DNA of 59,537 nucleotides, counting the filler, from Sphacelaria rigidula (Eukaryota), in NCBI GenBank assembly GCA_964200075.2. It is 8 parts of 8 records of this genome, joined end to end, with 100 filler letters (N's around TTAATTAATTAA, not from the genome) between each part and the next. Parts side by side here need not be neighbours in the genome. Positions count along the whole stretch, not along the records: positions 22,369 to 29,723 come from CAXNAA020015282.1; positions 29,824 to 37,177 come from CAXNAA020015283.1; 6 more parts are not named here. One strand, given 5' to 3'. Shown here piece by piece: positions 22,662-34,517 of this stretch. The notes beneath the pieces are model-generated. The model searched no databases and was not told the origin of the DNA. It was given only the letters and a program-made list of their open reading frames with translations. The position numbers and the translations under genes are program-made. Numbering within the stretch: the first letter of the stretch is position 1; the number at the start of each line of letters is the position of its first letter.

Positions 22662-24215
22662 GTGAGGTTTTGTGCCTGACTCGGTGGATGTGTCTGATTA
22701 GGCCGCCTCTCATGATCCGGACGACTTGAAAAACTCTTGCCATGACATGTTCGGGACAACATCTCGCGACCGCAGCAAGTTCCAAATCTACTCTTGACAA
22801 AAGATTGACAGTTTGTACACCGTGACGGGGGCACCCGCCTGCATGACACTCTTCGATCATCAATGTGAGAATATAGCAGCGGCAGCTACGTACTGCTCGC
22901 TGTCTACAGCTTTGTACTCGGTACTGCCTTCCCCCGATTGCCTCGATGTATCGTACAATGCTCCTTCCTTGGTCGTGTTTTGCCGTATACTGCATGGCTG
23001 TCTGCTGCAGCTGTGGGTACCGTCTGTGCTCTTGCGTATCGATGATGTCTGCATTGTAAGGACACACGGTAAACTGCGTGTGCTGGCTGTTGTACGCTGT
23101 GTGCAGCTGTACTGGATGCATGTACTGCCTGTGCATCTAGCTGCGTCACACTTGATGAGGGGCATTTTCGGTGCCCCTCTTTCCCAACGAATTTGATATC
23201 TCCAAAACCAGTTTACTTTTCTCGAGGGGATGGTCTGTAACAGCACTTCTCTGGAAAAAGCTACCGATCTCGGACAACGTTTCTCCCACAACGGGGCAAT
23301 TGAGAACCGGGTCCACAAAATTATCTGGAAGCCCTCCCCCCCCAGCCCCCTGTCCCCACCCTTCCCCGCCCTTGGAGACGTTTTAGAGTGGTTTCTTGGG
23401 ACCATAACGATTGACCTTGTTGTAGTATGTGAGTCGATACAGCAACTGCTCTGCGCTGCCATTTATGGTACCTAGATGTCGCCGTTTCTCGTTGTCATCT
23501 TCGTCTATCCCGGAACGTCTTCGACGGTGCTGGTAGTCGCGAGGGAATCCGGCGTCGATGCCTGCCACGAGCCTGCATCAAATGCGGATTTGAGGTAGTC
23601 CAACACCAGCGACGCCGACCTGTCGGTATCTGTATGGATCTAGGTGCCACCGTTTGACGTGGTGTATACTTCCGGAACACAGATACATCTCCTGTGTGCT
23701 GTGCAGTTGCGGGTTGAATAGCAGGATACCTTGTCGCGTGATTTCCCCGCCACGACCATGCCTGACGATGAGGTGAACGTGAGGAATCAGTCGCCGCCGC
23801 GTTCTGTAGCTCATGGAGAGCACATGTCATACGGTACTTCGAAGTCGCGTCATTTTCCGCTATGGTTCACATGGCATCCCGAACTTGCGAGCAAGCCCCC
23901 TCCCTCCAGTCGAGCCACAACACCTGTGGAACCACGAGACCGGGAATGCAACTCGTGTGCGGGCGGCGCAGTACTCGCAAAGCGCATGATTTCCTGCAAA
24001 CCTTGAATCCTCTCAACGCTCATCTTGTCGCAGGTTTTGGCCATGATTTTGCCGGCGAGGGGATCCCCTGGGCACTTGTTGGACCTCCCATCTTGAAGAT
24101 CGTAAGATGCACTAGGCCTCGAACCCGTAGTGTCTTACATCTAAAGTGTACAGCATCGTACTGACCGTTTGACCTCCGTGCCTCCCTCCCACTCTCCTCC
24201 CTCCCCCAATATCAG

Positions 24216-24464
24216 GCGATCAACTTGGATATTGCGCTCATCGTGCCCGGAATCTTGGGAGCCTTGGCCTCCGCTTCTCTTGGGCAGGATGCGTACAAGT
24301 TGGCGCCGTTGGCGGACGTAGGATCAGATGTGATATTTGTGGCTCTTTTAGCTGCCGTAGCGTACTCCGTGGGTTCCTCTGCGTTGGGGGAGTTCCCCAA
24401 CAAGCTTCCGTTCTTCGGACGGATCAACCGCGAGAACCCGGATCAGGAGGAGGAGGATTTGTAA
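24216..24464 (+). CDS. TIC20: Tic20-family protein, last exon
   Basis: Branch-like CTGAC (~24161), pyrimidine tract and CAG acceptor at 24213-24215; in-frame continuation AINLDIALIVPG..AYSVGSSALGEFPNKLPFFG; stop TAA 24462-24464. Confidence 0.9.
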   Translation, partial: AINLDIALIVPGILGALASASLGQDAYKLAPLADVGSDVIFVALLAAVAYSVGSSALGEFPNKLPFFGRINRENPDQEEEDL

Positions 24465-26549
24465 TGGTGGTGGATATTTTGGATTGCAGGTCTTGGTTGT
24501 TGGTTCGGTGTGGACTAGTTAGATATCGATGATGTGTCGTATCGTCCTGTAATGTCTAGTGTGAAGTTATGACGATAGAAAAGTGCACGTGCCGTGCGGA
24601 GTGATGTGTGATGTTGGGTGACTGTGGTGCTCAGTGTTGTGCATACAGGTAAACGCAATGTCGGGTGTGATTTGAGCTGGTGTGATGTACGCAGGTGTGT
24701 GAATTTGTGAGTTTTGTTTGTCGTGTTGTTATTTCTTGCACATGAAGGCTGTCTTGGACAAGTATTCGGGCATTTTCGTCTCGTGTCGACAAATGTGACC
24801 GGTTCACGTGTAACGCCGTGTTGATTTAGTGTCGGTGTCACGCAGGATACCAGATCGCCTGTTATGACGTCGAATTGTTGTAGAATGTGTGTGGGCATGT
24901 GTTGATCCCGGCTGTCGCTTTTCGTTTGTCCTGTAGATATGTATGTAATTTTGACAAAGTCAAGGAGCCTCCGAGTTCCATACGTATTCCCTATTTTTCG
25001 TGAGTCACGGCGTTCAACGTGTCCCGTCCTCCGGTGTCGCGAGATACGGCTGTTTTCACGTCTCGTGACGTTGCGCTGTTGGTGATGTAAGAGGACAGGC
25101 CGACGTTCTGTTCGGGTGTTTTTTTTATTTATCCCGATTTCTTCGTCCGACTCCGCGGCTGACACGAGACGTTGCGATGAAGCATCGTTGTATCCGAAGT
25201 ATATGCGCTGTGCATGCTTTTGTTCTATCGAGCGGTACTCAAAATCACTACAGCGTGTGTTCCGTTTTCTGCATTTTTCTTTCGCCTGTATTTGTCCCGT
25301 GACCAGCAAATCGTGGGAGTCCCCTACTTCGTGTTCGGGTTCCGGTCAGCATTCCGCGTGGATTGACTTCCGCTGACGCTCAAGTCTTCACCGAAGCCTC
25401 CCTCGTGGGACTTTCGTTAGTTCATGCTGCGTCCGGCGAAGGATGTTTCGCACGTGGGGCAACTCGACAGATCGCGTCGCATTGACGCACTTCAGTGAAA
25501 GTTAGCGCTGAGTTGTACGATACAACTCAGTCGTACCCATCTTCACTAGCTGAGTTGTTGAATGCGATAAGCGGCACCTGCTTCCCCCTGACTTATCCAA
25601 TATTGTGAAATTGAGCGACACGCATTTCCCCCAAGCTGTGTGATGTGATAGTGTGACGTATTATTTCACCTACTGACTGGTCGAAGTCGTACTGTCCAAC
25701 TCTGCGGTACTTTTCGCCACTGAAAAAGAGTGCGGAACAACTCGGTGATATTTAAATTTCATCATCCATGTAATCCTATTCCAAGGAATGTGGAGTGCAA
25801 GGTTCATCACTCACTTGTGCAGGCACACATGTCACGTGCGTTCTCGCTTGCACTAGCTAGATTGACCGCTGTGATACGCACGTTTCCGCTCGAGTGAGGT
25901 GAAAACGTACCCTATGAAGTCAACGCCCGGAGGAGACGTACAACACACCTGATTTGGACATGAAAGTCCCTGTTTCCACAAGTTGAGGTATACGACGTAA
26001 CTAATAACTCAGGGCTGGCTGTTTCTTCTAGCTGAATCAAATAGAATCACTGAACGGTAGGTGTTTCCACTAACTGAGTCGTCTGGTATTGTTCAGTGGT
26101 TTCGGCTTCACGAGAAGAGTAGACGATATACTTTGACTCAGCAGTATCCACTTACGCCGGGTGATTTTCACCACGTATCTGACCTAACTCACGAGTTGTC
26201 CAGCGTGTGCAGTGTTCCGTTCCTCACTTCTCATCCAAACAATCACATAGATCACCCAGAACTAAATAGCCTAACAACCGATCAAGTAGGTCTGTATTTA
26301 ATGTGGGTCTCTGATGATCATGGCCACCACGACGATGACGGCAGCCCATCTGGTCAGTACATGCCCCCCGTGCGTTCCTGGGTACTGTTTCACGCTCTTC
26401 TCGTCTCCACGTTCATCCATCACCTATTACGGTGGCGTATAGTGATGTAGACCGGCGTCCAGAAGAGATGCGATGACAACACACACGTAGCTAGTGAAGG
26501 CTCGACGCCAAATCTCCGTTTCCTGTTCGACGGGAGCGTTCTACAGCTT

Positions 26550-27260
26550 TAAAATAACGCATCAAGAAAGGTGTCATGCAGGAGAAACAAAAACAATACA
26601 TTTGTATATATATATTCGTGATGAGCTATACCTTACTATCGATAATTTTGGACGTTACCCTTAGGCTGGCTCGGGGTAAAAGCCTAAACGATTGTGAATC
26701 GTCAATTTTGATTGGAATATGACAACCGATGGCTTAAAAGAATCGTATGGCTGAATGTGTTAGGCAGGAGAAGGAAAAAGCTGGAAACACATGCCTCCGT
26801 CGTGTCTTATACCTTGATATCCATTGTTTTGGACGTCACCCCTGGGCTGGCTCGAGGGTAAATTTGAATGAATATTGCACTGTAGAATCGTCAATTGTGA
26901 TTGGAATATAACAACCGATGGCTCGAAAAACCGTGTGTAGAAGGGTGTCACGTCGGAGAGATACAAACGAAACATACATATTTTTCTACTGAATTACTCC
27001 TCAACATCCATGATTTTGGATGTTACCCTTGCACTGGCTCGGGGTAAAACATTGAACGAATATTCCACTGTAGAATCATCAATTGTGATTGGAATATAGC
27101 AACCGATGGCCTCATACAACCGCATCAATAAAAGTGTCACGCAGAAGAACAAGAACTACGCGATAATATTGGCGTAATGAGTTATGCCTTGATATCCATG
27201 ATATTGGACGTTACCCTTGGGCTGGCTCGAGGCCACAAATTGGACGAATATTGCACGGTT
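26550..27260. repeat. Tandem satellite, ~186-bp unit, ~4 copies
   Basis: Anchor T(T/A)TTGGA(C/T)GT(T/C)ACCC at 26646, 26827, 27014 and 27202; shared GGCTGGCTCG and TCAATTGTGATTGGAATAT. Confidence 0.85.
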
Positions 27261-27429
27261 CGAACGAATAAAATCGTGATTTGACTCATACTGAACATTT
27301 TGACGATTCAATCATACGATTCGTACATAAGTTGTGATTTGTTCATGTGTTGGGTTCGTGATTCGTACGACACCGCTTTAAGTGTCAGAATCCCAGTTCA
27401 TGATTCGTGCGGTACACCCTCAAAGGTAG

Positions 27430-27840
27430 CACATGTTTCCTACCCTCCATTCTTATGGCGTGAATCATACGTACATGTCGCCCAGTTTCCGTTCATTCAG
27501 CATGAATCATGGGCACACGTTCTCCACCTTCCATTCATGCGAGACGAATCAAGCGTATAGGTTCCCCAACTTCCGTTCATGCGGCATGAATCATACAAAC
27601 ATGTCCCCTACCTCCCGTTCATACGAGGTGAATCAGGCGTACATGTTTCCTACTTTTCATTCATGCGACACGAATCATACGTACATACTCCGTACCTTCC
27701 ATACATACAAGATAGATCAAGTGTATCCGTATCCCGCTTTTCATTTTTGCAGCGCGAATCATGCGAACATGCTCTTCACCTTATGTTCGCATGATATAAA
27801 TCATGTGAAGATGTTGTTTCCCACCTGTCATTTCATGGGG
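27430..27840. repeat. 42-bp minisatellite array 1 (~9-10 units)
   Basis: TGAATC-type anchor exactly every 42 bp from 27461 to 27797. Confidence 0.9.
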
Positions 27841-28289
27841 CGCGACACACACGGCGGCGCGGCCCTTTTGCAGGTGGGGTGGACAAATCAGAGCTGTAGG
27901 TCAAGAACCCCTCAGGAACCGAATCCACAATAACTAAAACCACTTTCAATTTTTGTACTCACACGTAACACATCAACTATGGTTGTACTACAAACGCAGG
28001 CGCGTGCCCAGAGCGTTGTTTCTAGCCAGTCCACCCCCCGAGCTATGCTATTGACAGCCTTTGCGGTTTCACGTTGTGTTCTGTGGTACAATTGACCTCA
28101 ACATACTGTATACGATACCACGGACACTTGCAAAAAGACAGCACCAGCACGAGTTGTCCTCGCATGCTCGCGGGAGTAAACTCCGGCAATGTACTTTGCT
28201 GTCCGCGGGCAGTACGGTACAGCATGGCAAAGCACGCATCTGCGCGCTTAGAGTGATTTCTCCGTCTGAGGGTTTCCCTATGGCTCATA

Positions 28290-28662
28290 CAGCATGAATC
28301 GCGTGAGTCATGTACATGTTTTCGCCTTGCGTTCGCGAGCATGAATCATATATGCGTGTTTTCCGCCTTCCATTCATACGGGGTGAATCTAGCGTACATG
28401 TTTCCCCTCTTCCATCTATGCAGCATGAATCATAGGCACGCGTCCTGCACCTTCCATTCATACGAGGTGAATCATAGGTACAAGTATCTCAATTTTATTC
28501 CATGCAGCATGAATCATACGTACATGTTCTCCGTTTTCCATCCATACGAGGTGAATCAAGCGTACGTGTTTCCCAATTTTCGTCCATGTAGCATGAATCG
28601 CACGTACATGATCCCTAGCTTCGATTCATACGAGATGAATGAAGTGTACATGTTTCCCACCC
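28290..28662. repeat. 42-bp minisatellite array 2 (~8-9 units, 84-bp higher-order dimer)
   Basis: Anchor every 42 bp from 28342 to 28636, alternating AGCATGAAT and ACG(A/G)G(G/A)TGAAT. Confidence 0.9.
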
Positions 28663-29494
28663 AAGATCCAAGATTCAAGATTCATACAGGAAGTGTGATT
28701 TGCACATATTTTGCACTCTTGATTCGTCTGATGCTACGCGGAGTGTACACATTCCCAGTCCATAATTCGTGCGGTATGACCTTGAACATACAACTTCACT
28801 GTCCGTGATCCATACCGGATGACTATTTGGTACATGATTCTCATTCAACATTCATGGGGAGTCAACCCGTATGAACCCTGATTCGTCCGAAGCGTGGAAT
28901 ATTGCACTGTAGGATCGTCAATGATGATTGGAACGTAGCACGGTTAGGACAAATAGAATCGTGATTTAACTCATGTTCATCATTTCAACGAATAAATCAT
29001 ATTAGTCGTACATCATTTGTAATTCATACAGGTTTTGAGCTCTTGTGTCGCGCAGTACACCGTCAACGGTACCTGTTTCCTACCTCCAGGTCATGAGGGG
29101 TAGATCATGGACACATGTTAACCCCCTGTAGGAAAATGCGGAATGGATCGATTGTACATGCCGTTCACACTTACCATGGGGCGTGAATGGCATCTACATC
29201 TATGCCATGTGTATGCCTCCGTGCGGGACGAAGAGTCGGCACATCGTGGAATCCTCTCATGACATGGGCCTTGCATCAGTCGTACTTTTCTCCCAATCTG
29301 CATGTGGTTGGGATGACTGTACTGCATATGTTATTCACCGCCGAGTGTATGCGGGACCAACACTTGAATACAGGTTGACTCCTGCCATGTCATGAGGAGT
29401 CAACTCGTATAAATCTTGAGTTGTCCTAACCGTGGAACGTAGCAACCGATGCCTTCAAAACCTCATGCAGGAGAAACAAAAACGAGAAAAACAT

Positions 29495-29723
29495 AGGGGC
29501 CCACGTCATGCATCCGTACAGTAGGGCCTCCATCGCCTCCTCTTTCAGCAGTCGGACCTTGTTGAGTCTCCACGGTGCTTTCGGTCGGCCAAGGAGCTCC
29601 CAGGAAACTTCCTCATGCACACCCACGCCGCTCTGCTCCGATCGTTGATTTCTTGCTTGAGTTCGCCCTCTTCGTTAACGAGCCCGCCCAAGTATCGGAA
29701 ACTAGTTTTCTGGGCGTATTTCT
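29495..29723 (-). mobile_element. RTE-like LINE reverse transcriptase fragment
   Basis: FRYLGGLVNEEGELKQEINDRSRAAW then RPKAPWRLNKVRLLKEEAMEALLYGCMTW (YLG motif and LLYG-x-x-TW), frameshifted. Confidence 0.8.
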
Positions 29724-29823
29724 NNNNNNNNNNNNNNNNNNNNNNNNNNNNNNNNNNNNNNNNNNNNTTAATTAATTAANNNNNNNNNNNNNNNNNNNNN
29801 NNNNNNNNNNNNNNNNNNNNNNN
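29724..29823. other. Artificial contig spacer
   Basis: Same layout. Confidence 0.99.
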
Positions 29824-29930
29824 GAGCGTGTTCCAGTTTTTTGTTTCTTGGGTACATCCATCATGGGACCACGGCTAGACCTCTGGGGGGTCAGTTGAAG
29901 TGCGACAACCAACCAACCAATCAAATCAAT
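29824..29930 (+). mobile_element. Family A retroposon 3' end
   Basis: CATGGGACCACGGCTAGACCTCTGGGGGGTCAGTTGAAGTGCGACAACCAACCAACCAATC. Confidence 0.8.
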
Positions 29931-31594
29931 AGATGTCGGGCCTCGTGGAGGGGCATTTCGGAACTGAAACGATTCATTCACTAATTGACCGCTTTTCACT
30001 CTCAATTATTGGATCCTCTACGCTCAAATATCACAAAACCGTTTCTACTAGTCGGCGTTTCCAAGAGAGAAATCTTGCGGGTTTGTGATTTCATTCGACG
30101 GCTCTTCAACCGATGACGAACGGATGGCTGGGTCGGGAACATAATACGTGTACGAATGATTCTTTCTTGTCACGCACATCATGGCATCGCTCAGCACCTC
30201 TCGGTCGAGGGAGAGCAGACGACGCGTTTTTGTAGAGGAGAGCGAGCCATTTTCGTGGTAAGCGTTGGGCCGAGCGGTAGATTGATGACAAGTCGTGTGG
30301 GAGATTCCTGGGGAAAAAAAATTAAAAAATGTCAAATATCCTGAACGATGGGTTGTCGAGAGTTGCAAGAGAAAAATGTGTACTGCGTAAAGTATAGACT
30401 GTCGTGCCCTTTGATGACAGTTGCAATAGAAAAAAAGGGGCACTGCGTAAAAGTATGGCCTATTTCGCCTACTAAAACACTGATAATAATTGCAACAGAA
30501 TTAAAAGGGCACTGTGTAAAGTACAGCCTTTGGCAACTATTGACAGTCTTGTGTCCAGGGTGTGAAGAATAAAATTACAAACACAGAAGAAAGCAAAATT
30601 AGAACAAAAAAACGCGCGTCGGGGGGAGGGGAGGGGAGGGGCGGGGCGGGGGTCATGATCTTACATCTCATAGTCATAAGACCATTGCCTTCGCATCCCT
30701 TCAAAGCCGGAACGGATCACATCGGGTTTTAGCCGGACCAGGCTCGCACTCAGCCACCAAGCGCAAAGCGCCGCGGTGTGTTCGGCGTGAAGCATGAAGG
30801 GTGAGGTGCGGGGATGGGAGAGGAGGGATTGCAACAACATCAACAACGTCGACAACGTCAACGATAACAGCGATACAAGAGCGTCGTCTCTCACCCGCCT
30901 TCCTGGAAGATCTTACTTTCCCAGAAGGGACCCACGCGCCACTTGTCATCATCATCGCCTCCTCCCCTGATACTGGCCACCTTCGATATTTTCTTCTCCG
31001 CCTGTGCTCACGTGGAGGGTTACGGGGGGGGGAAGACAGGGATTGAGGTTAGTATCCTTTTGGGTCTGCTTCAAAGATTGACGGGGGTATAAATGATATT
31101 ATAAATATTTAATGCAGAGGCAGGCAGCAGCCCCGAGCAGCAAAGAAAAAAAAAAACGTTGAATGCATTCAAGATTTCAGCAAAAACAAGATGATGTCAT
31201 AAGTGCAGGAACAAACAAGAATCTGCAACTGGACACGTGAAGTATCAGTTTCTTGGGTGCAGAAGGTCTTGCTGAAATTTTAGCTCAAGAGTCGTCGAAT
31301 CGGGCCGTACCTTCAACATTTCCCGTGACGCTGCCGCACCCCTATGAATCAAGTGATGGGAGATCCCAATTATAGAGGTCATGAGTTCGACTCCCGACAA
31401 GCTTTTTTTTTTCGTCCGCCGTTAAGGTTATACATTATGCAGTGCATTTTGCATTTTTCTTCACTCAGCAGCGGTGCCGTGTGTCACCAGGTTGGTCTAC
31501 ACTTCACAGTGATATGCTCACATCGGGTTCATTCGGGAAACTGGGAAAGCTGTGGTGTGAGCAAGTTTTAGCAGCTTTTAAGCTGGCCCAGCTC

Positions 31595-31603
31595 GTACTA
31601 CTG

Positions 31604-31637
<34 letters not shown>

Positions 31638-31638
31638 A
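31595..31638. repeat. (CTA)n microsatellite
   Basis: Direct reading. Confidence 0.95.
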
Positions 31639-32431
31639 GACGCATTAGTCACACAAAATACAGAAGCAAATCGCGCGGGCATGAGATGATGACTTTTTCA
31701 TGTTTGCGAGTGCCGGAAGCAAGTGAAAGCTCGACGATAAAGTCATACTCCATTGATGTTTAAAAAAAGGCAAAAACACGCAGCAGAACTGACATGAAAC
31801 TCATTCATTTGTTGCTGAATATTTACCGATCAGTTAATTTACTCACTCATTTATCCGTACATACATACATCCAATCACCGTGTGTGGACTGTGTCGTGAG
31901 ATGGCGTAGAGCGAATGATGTGCTTTTCTTGTTTTTGCAACAATGTCTGTTGTATCGGGTCAGGGGGAAAAAATAGTGTGTTTTCTTACCATCGAGGGTA
32001 ATTGATGACTTGAAGAAGTGACGACAAATAATGACAACAAAAAAGAAAATAGACAAGCAAGACAAAAAGGGGGTACATGAGGCGGTAAACGAGCAGCATG
32101 AAATAATTAGTCAGCCCCTGCAGCATGGCTTCAAGAAACAAAAACAAACACAAGGTAACGTGAGCTATATGGGAACCACAATATTTTACGCGTACGCCGG
32201 ACAGCTCTGAGCTATTAATAAATAACTTCTTGATACCGTACTGATCCGGATCATGAGCTATTAATAGCTCGTTTGCTCCCTAGAGCGCTGGACGCCGGGC
32301 ACACGGAGTAGCGCAAAGGTACCCGTTTTGACTTCTCGGACCCTGCTGTCATGTATCTTGGGGTTTTTTGGCCAAGGGCTCCGAGAGGCCCTGTTCCATC
32401 ACTTACCTTAGGCAGCCCATGAGCTGTCTGA

Positions 32432-32693
32432 GAGTGATGCTACGGTAGGGGTGCACAGATAATTTCGACGGTGAGAATTGTCAGGAGCCCTTCATCTGAA
32501 ACAAAAACACGACTTATGAAATATGTGAGAGTATACGCCAGGATTACTACTCCAATGTGCTAGGGATATCCCGAATGAATTTTCAAACGGGGATACCCTG
32601 ACGCATATTCTTGTGCATCTAGAATCGTTAGGAGGAACCCCTGAACCCGACAAGATTCAGCGCAAAAAGCGCACCCCTACCGTAGCATTGCTC
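32432..32693. mobile_element. MITE, Sola2-like, copy 1 (262 bp)
   Basis: 23-bp TIRs GAGTGATGCTACGGTAGGGGTGC / GCACCCCTACCGTAGCATTGCTC; flanks CTGA/CCAA. Confidence 0.85.
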
Positions 32694-32887
32694 CCAACGT
32701 GTGCGATATATGAGCGTCAACTGTCACACACGAATTCTACGGGGAAGACACGCAGCTATCTGCCCAATGCCCTGCTACAGGGGTTTGTCAGCACGGACAG
32801 CAAAGCACACCCGTTTCAAAGGCATGGTAAGATATGTAGTGATTCCACGATTGACGGGGGTGCTTGATCCATCTCTGCTGGATTTTC

Positions 32888-33289
32888 GCCGTACACGGTG
32901 TAGAAGGAGATGGACAGTAGTGCGGGTACGACCACAGCGTTCATGTATTCTCTACTGCTACTACTCCAGAGCCATGAATCTTTGCCGTACATCGTACCGG
33001 ATCATTGCCGTACAGTGTAGAAGGAGATGGACAGTAGTGCGGGTACGACCACAGCGTTCATGTATTCTCTAGTGCTACTGCTTCAGAGTCATGAATCATT
33101 GCCGTACACGGTGTAGAAGGAGATGGACAGTAGTGCGGGTACGACCACATCGTTTATGTATTCTCTAGTGCTACTGCTTCAGAGTCATGGATCATTGCCG
33201 TACACGGTGTAGAAGGAGATGGACAGTAGTGCGGGTACGACCACATCGTTTATGTATTCTCTAGTGCTACTACTTCAGAGTCATGGATC
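32888..33289. repeat. Tandem repeat, 96-bp unit, 4 copies
   Basis: GCCGTACA(CG)GTGTAGAAGGAGATGGACAGTAGTGCGGGTACGACCAC starts at 32888, 33007, 33101 and 33197. Confidence 0.95.
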
Positions 33290-33962
33290 TCGTATCAATA
33301 TTTACTTCTTTTTTTTCTTTCATGTCGCCGAATGACCTGATTTTTCTTTCCTATGTACTACAGTATGGTGGTATGTGACCGACGTTTGCAGCATCGCGAG
33401 CGAGCCCAAAAGAGTTATTCGGTTCCAAAACTCGTTTCGGCGGATAGTGAAGGGAAATAGTTCTCTATAAAATCTTCCTAGGGTCAGACGAATCATCGCT
33501 GGTGCAAATCACCAAAATCTACAACTTCTGAGTCCTCATCGTATCGAACTGGATAGGACTAGCCTTGCATATTATTACACCAGATTACTTTGTACACGGT
33601 TGTTTTATAATATTGGTTTCATTTCTGTAAAAGTTATCCACAACATTCTCATAATCAATTTTCGAGTATATTTGAAAAGTTGATTACTTTCACCTCGCTT
33701 TCGATATTTCTACTTTATATTTTATCGCGAAATGTAAAAACGTGAGAAAGCCGCTCCCTTGATAAACAGGGATGTGCGTGGTATCAATATTTCTTTCCCC
33801 CCAAGAATTAGGTTAACAGGAATGGTATTCAATGAATAAAAAATGACCGTTCGGAAGCGAGAAAGAAGTTGACCCCCGATCAGCGAAGTCTCTACGCAAA
33901 TTTTGCGCTAATCCACGTGCCCGGGGTGGACATGCTTGGGGTGTTTTGCTAAAAATAAAGCC

Positions 33963-34223
33963 GAGTGATGCTACGGTAGGGGTGCACAAATATTTTCCGA
34001 CGTTAAAACTGTTAGGAGCCCTTTATCTCATATAAAACACGACTTATGAAATGTATGTGAGATTACGCCAGGATTACAATTCCGATGTGCTAGGGATATC
34101 CCGATAGAATTTGCAAACGGGGATGCCCTGACCCGTGATATTCTTGTGCATCTAGAACTGTCAGGAGCCCCTGAACCAGACAAGATTGTGCGCAAAAAGT
34201 GCACCCCTACCGTAGCATTGCTC
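33963..34223. mobile_element. MITE, Sola2-like, copy 2 (261 bp)
   Basis: Same TIRs and body as copy 1; perfect 4-bp target-site duplication AGCC. Confidence 0.88.
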
Positions 34224-34424
34224 AGCCAAAGGATTGATTCGTGTGATACGAATCGGTTATACTGTCTTTTAGGTCGGCCATCTCATTGTGTGCTTTGCCT
34301 TTGTAAACTTTTTTTCAGCATTATTATTATGATAATGATAATGACAATGATGATGATTATTATTTATTACGGCTAAGCCTGCTATGGCGTTCTGTTCGAC
34401 TTTTTTTCTGTTCCTTTTTTTCTT

Positions 34425-34517
34425 CAGCGAGTGTTTCAGTTTTGGTTTTCTTGGGTATGTCTGGATCATGACCCCTGGGGGGTCAGTTAAAGTGGGACAA
34501 TCAATCGATCAGTCAAC
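34425..34517 (+). mobile_element. Family A retroposon 3' end with internal deletion
   Basis: GACCCCTGGGGGGTCAGTTAAAGTGGGACAATCAATC. Confidence 0.75.

Noticed and set aside
24515..25309. 264-aa minus-strand ORF
   Set aside because: Antisense to the probable Tic20 3' UTR, biased composition and no recognisable domain
27430..28662. CRISPR-like regular repeats
   Set aside because: Units are contiguous and homologous over their whole length, with no unique spacers and no cas genes
31270..31412. tRNA gene (B-box-like GAGTTCGACTCC followed by poly-T)
   Set aside because: T-stem and acceptor stem do not pair; at most a decayed tRNA or SINE head
32888..33289. CRISPR-like array
   Set aside because: The whole 96-bp unit repeats; there are no variable spacers
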